The position numbers and the translations under genes are program-made. From positions 128,001-192,000 of the forward strand of contig CAWENF010000019.1 of the NCBI GenBank assembly GCA_963810275.1: a stretch of 64,000 nucleotides of DNA, in the 5' to 3' direction. The DNA is from an uncultured archaeon. GTDB taxonomy: Archaea; Thermoproteota; Bathyarchaeia; Bathyarchaeales; Bathycorpusculaceae. Positions 62,409-64,000 of this stretch are shown here, in pieces (the stretch's first letter is position 1; each line of letters starts with the position of its first letter). The notes beneath the pieces were generated by a model. That model had not been told where the DNA came from. It saw only the letters and a program-made list of their open reading frames with translations, and made no database searches.

Positions 62409-62762
62409 TTACGCCGCCATTACCAGTATCCACTTTACTGAGCCGCATGTTCGGCAGGGCGGGAACGTTTCCGTTTTTGAGAGTGGGATGCGTGCGTTTT
62501 CTCCTTTGTCTTTGCAGAAATGCTCATACAACCCGGATTCGGGACATTTTTCGCCTGTGCTGAACTTTTTGGGTTGTTTCTTTTTGGTAGCCTTCGCCTT
62601 GGGAGCGGTTTTAGTTTTTAGAGACGCTGTTTTAGCTTTGGCAACAACAACTTTTTTAGCTACTTTAGGTTTAGCCACAGCTTTCACAGCCTTTTTAGCT
62701 TTAGCTGGTTTTGCAGCTTTGGATTTAGGCGCAGCCTTCTTAACGGGTTTCTTTTCTGGCAT
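62409..62762 (-). CDS. Histone H1-like Lys/Ala/Pro-rich tail fused to a YjzC-like Cys domain
   Basis: About 65 aa of K/A/P/V low complexity, then FSTGEKCPESGLY...IPLSKTETFPPCRTCG...W. Confidence 0.75.
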   Translation of the reverse strand: MPEKKPVKKAAPKSKAAKPAKAKKAVKAVAKPKVAKKVVVAKAKTASLKTKTAPKAKATKKKQPKKFSTGEKCPESGLYEHFCKDKGENARIPLSKTETFPPCRTCGSVKWILVMAA

Positions 62763-63042
62763 TTAAATCAAACATTGATTTGGACAAGTTATGGGTAATA
62801 AGCTTTCATAACATTAACAGATATACGTAGACGACAATCCACCGCTAAAACAGCTTTTTTCCCAAAAATAACAATGTCCCCACCTTTTCGGCTGTTTGGG
62901 CAATGTACAACCAACTTCAACCAGTAAGAACGCCGCAACAACGCCCGAATACAAAACGCAAACACCCACTCAAAGGCTATAAGAAGATGTGTGAAGCAGT
63001 CTCCTTCACCTCATCTTCTATTTCAAAAAAACCAAAAACTTG

Positions 63043-63657
63043 CTAAAGCACTTTAGTTAAGGTTTCCATATTAAAAATCGTGTTAGCACAACCGTTCTTA
63101 ATCAGCGGAATAGCCTGACCCCGAACATCCAAAACCGGCAGCATATTACCCATCAGCTTCATCTCTTCTCCACAGGCAACGCCAACCACGCCTTCATAAC
63201 TATTGTTTTTTAGGATCTTAGGAATACAGGACCCGCCAGGAACAATATACACATCATAACCTTTGCCCTGAGCAAAACGAGTAGCCTTATTCACAATACA
63301 ATCCTCACTGCACTGCGCACAAACATACGTTGGAATACTAGGCTCAAAAGTCGCTTTACACCGACTATCCATAAACTTGCGACTACAATGCGGCAGAAAA
63401 ACCGCCCGTTTCTGGGTCTCCAAAAAACCTTTACGCTCTTTTAGGTTAATCGCCTGTAAATCAATAAGGTCCTCAAGTAAAAGCACTGCATCCGAGAGAT
63501 TAAGTCCTGTTGCTTCTTGGATTTTAAATTTTATAATTAACTCTTGGGCAGTTTCCAGCAGTCTCTTGTGCATGCCCTTTTGGTAACTAAGCAATGTCAA
63601 CTCTGTGAAAAAGAACCTAGGCACCTCAGACAAGTCAAACGTAAACTTATAGGGCAT
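63043..63657 (-). CDS. DUF116-family Cys-rich protein
   Basis: FLPHCSR, CAQCSEDC, VPGGS, GVACGEE, NGCANT. Confidence 0.85.
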   Translation of the reverse strand: MPYKFTFDLSEVPRFFFTELTLLSYQKGMHKRLLETAQELIIKFKIQEATGLNLSDAVLLLEDLIDLQAINLKERKGFLETQKRAVFLPHCSRKFMDSRCKATFEPSIPTYVCAQCSEDCIVNKATRFAQGKGYDVYIVPGGSCIPKILKNNSYEGVVGVACGEEMKLMGNMLPVLDVRGQAIPLIKNGCANTIFNMETLTKVL

Positions 63658-63697
63658 GAGCTAGCAATGCCATAACGGGCTTAAAAAAATAACTGTG

Positions 63698-63946
63698 TCA
63701 CACATATTTTTTGTCAGGGTTTTTCCTTTCTAGATCCATCCCTAAAATCTCTTTGATGTCTCTGAGTTCTTCACGTAGCCCCATAACTTCAACCTCTAAT
63801 TCTTCCGCTTTCAATTCCACATCGGATTTGATTTTGCCCAGCGACTCACTCTCAATCAATGTGATACTATCGTTCAGGTTAGATGTAACCTCCCTTAACT
63901 GTTTCCGAATCTGCTTCAGTATGGTTACAGCTTCGTGCAACTGCAA
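63698..63946 (-). CDS. Hypothetical coiled-coil protein (start may lie further upstream)
   Basis: Heptad-rich sequence; the reading frame stays open toward the window end. Confidence 0.55.
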   Translation of the reverse strand: MQLHEAVTILKQIRKQLREVTSNLNDSITLIESESLGKIKSDVELKAEELEVEVMGLREELRDIKEILGMDLERKNPDKKYV

Positions 63947-64000
63947 CTTCTGGTACTCTTTACCCTCAAACTTAGCCAGAAACCTGCACCAACAAAAAAA

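Noticed and set aside
62398-62766. Plus-strand 122-aa hydrophobic ORF
   Set aside because: It is the antisense shadow of the Lys/Ala-rich gene; AAA/GCT codons read as Phe/Leu/Ala on the other strand.
1-64000. CRISPR arrays, rRNA/tRNA genes, transposases, integrases and defence systems
   Set aside because: None recognised by eye; a covariance-model scan would be needed to exclude small or intron-containing RNAs.

Overview
Archaeal chromosomal segment. Gene content and protein style (L10e, S25e, S17e, L40e, Csl4, RpoL, TFS, GINS, PriS, histone, Alba, NusA-like protein, Tes, thaumarchaeosortase-like sortase) point to a TACK lineage, most likely Bathyarchaeia; this assignment is inference. The window is mostly housekeeping genes plus three accessory blocks: (i) two type IIIA P-type H+-ATPases flanking a second, bacterial-like PEP synthase (22.3-30.1 kb); (ii) a four-gene Fe-S/sulfur operon (43.6-46.8 kb); (iii) an AT-richer surface-glycan locus (46.8-57.5 kb). 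The most striking signal is the Fe-S operon. Its IscS-like protein keeps the SSGSAC cysteine loop and the Schiff-base Lys but has lost most other PLP- and substrate-binding residues, and it is coupled to IscU, an intact SufS and an unannotated small single-Cys protein. Other highlights are a histone-H1-like Lys/Ala/Pro tail fused to a YjzC-like Cys domain, two ALG11-like GT4 paralogs, a deacetylase-GNAT(FemAB-like) fusion, and a membrane-anchored wHTH regulator with a palindromic site. Many genes carry 1-nt indels, probably long-read consensus errors. No tRNA, rRNA, CRISPR array or transposase was found. All calls come from motif recognition by eye; no database search was run.
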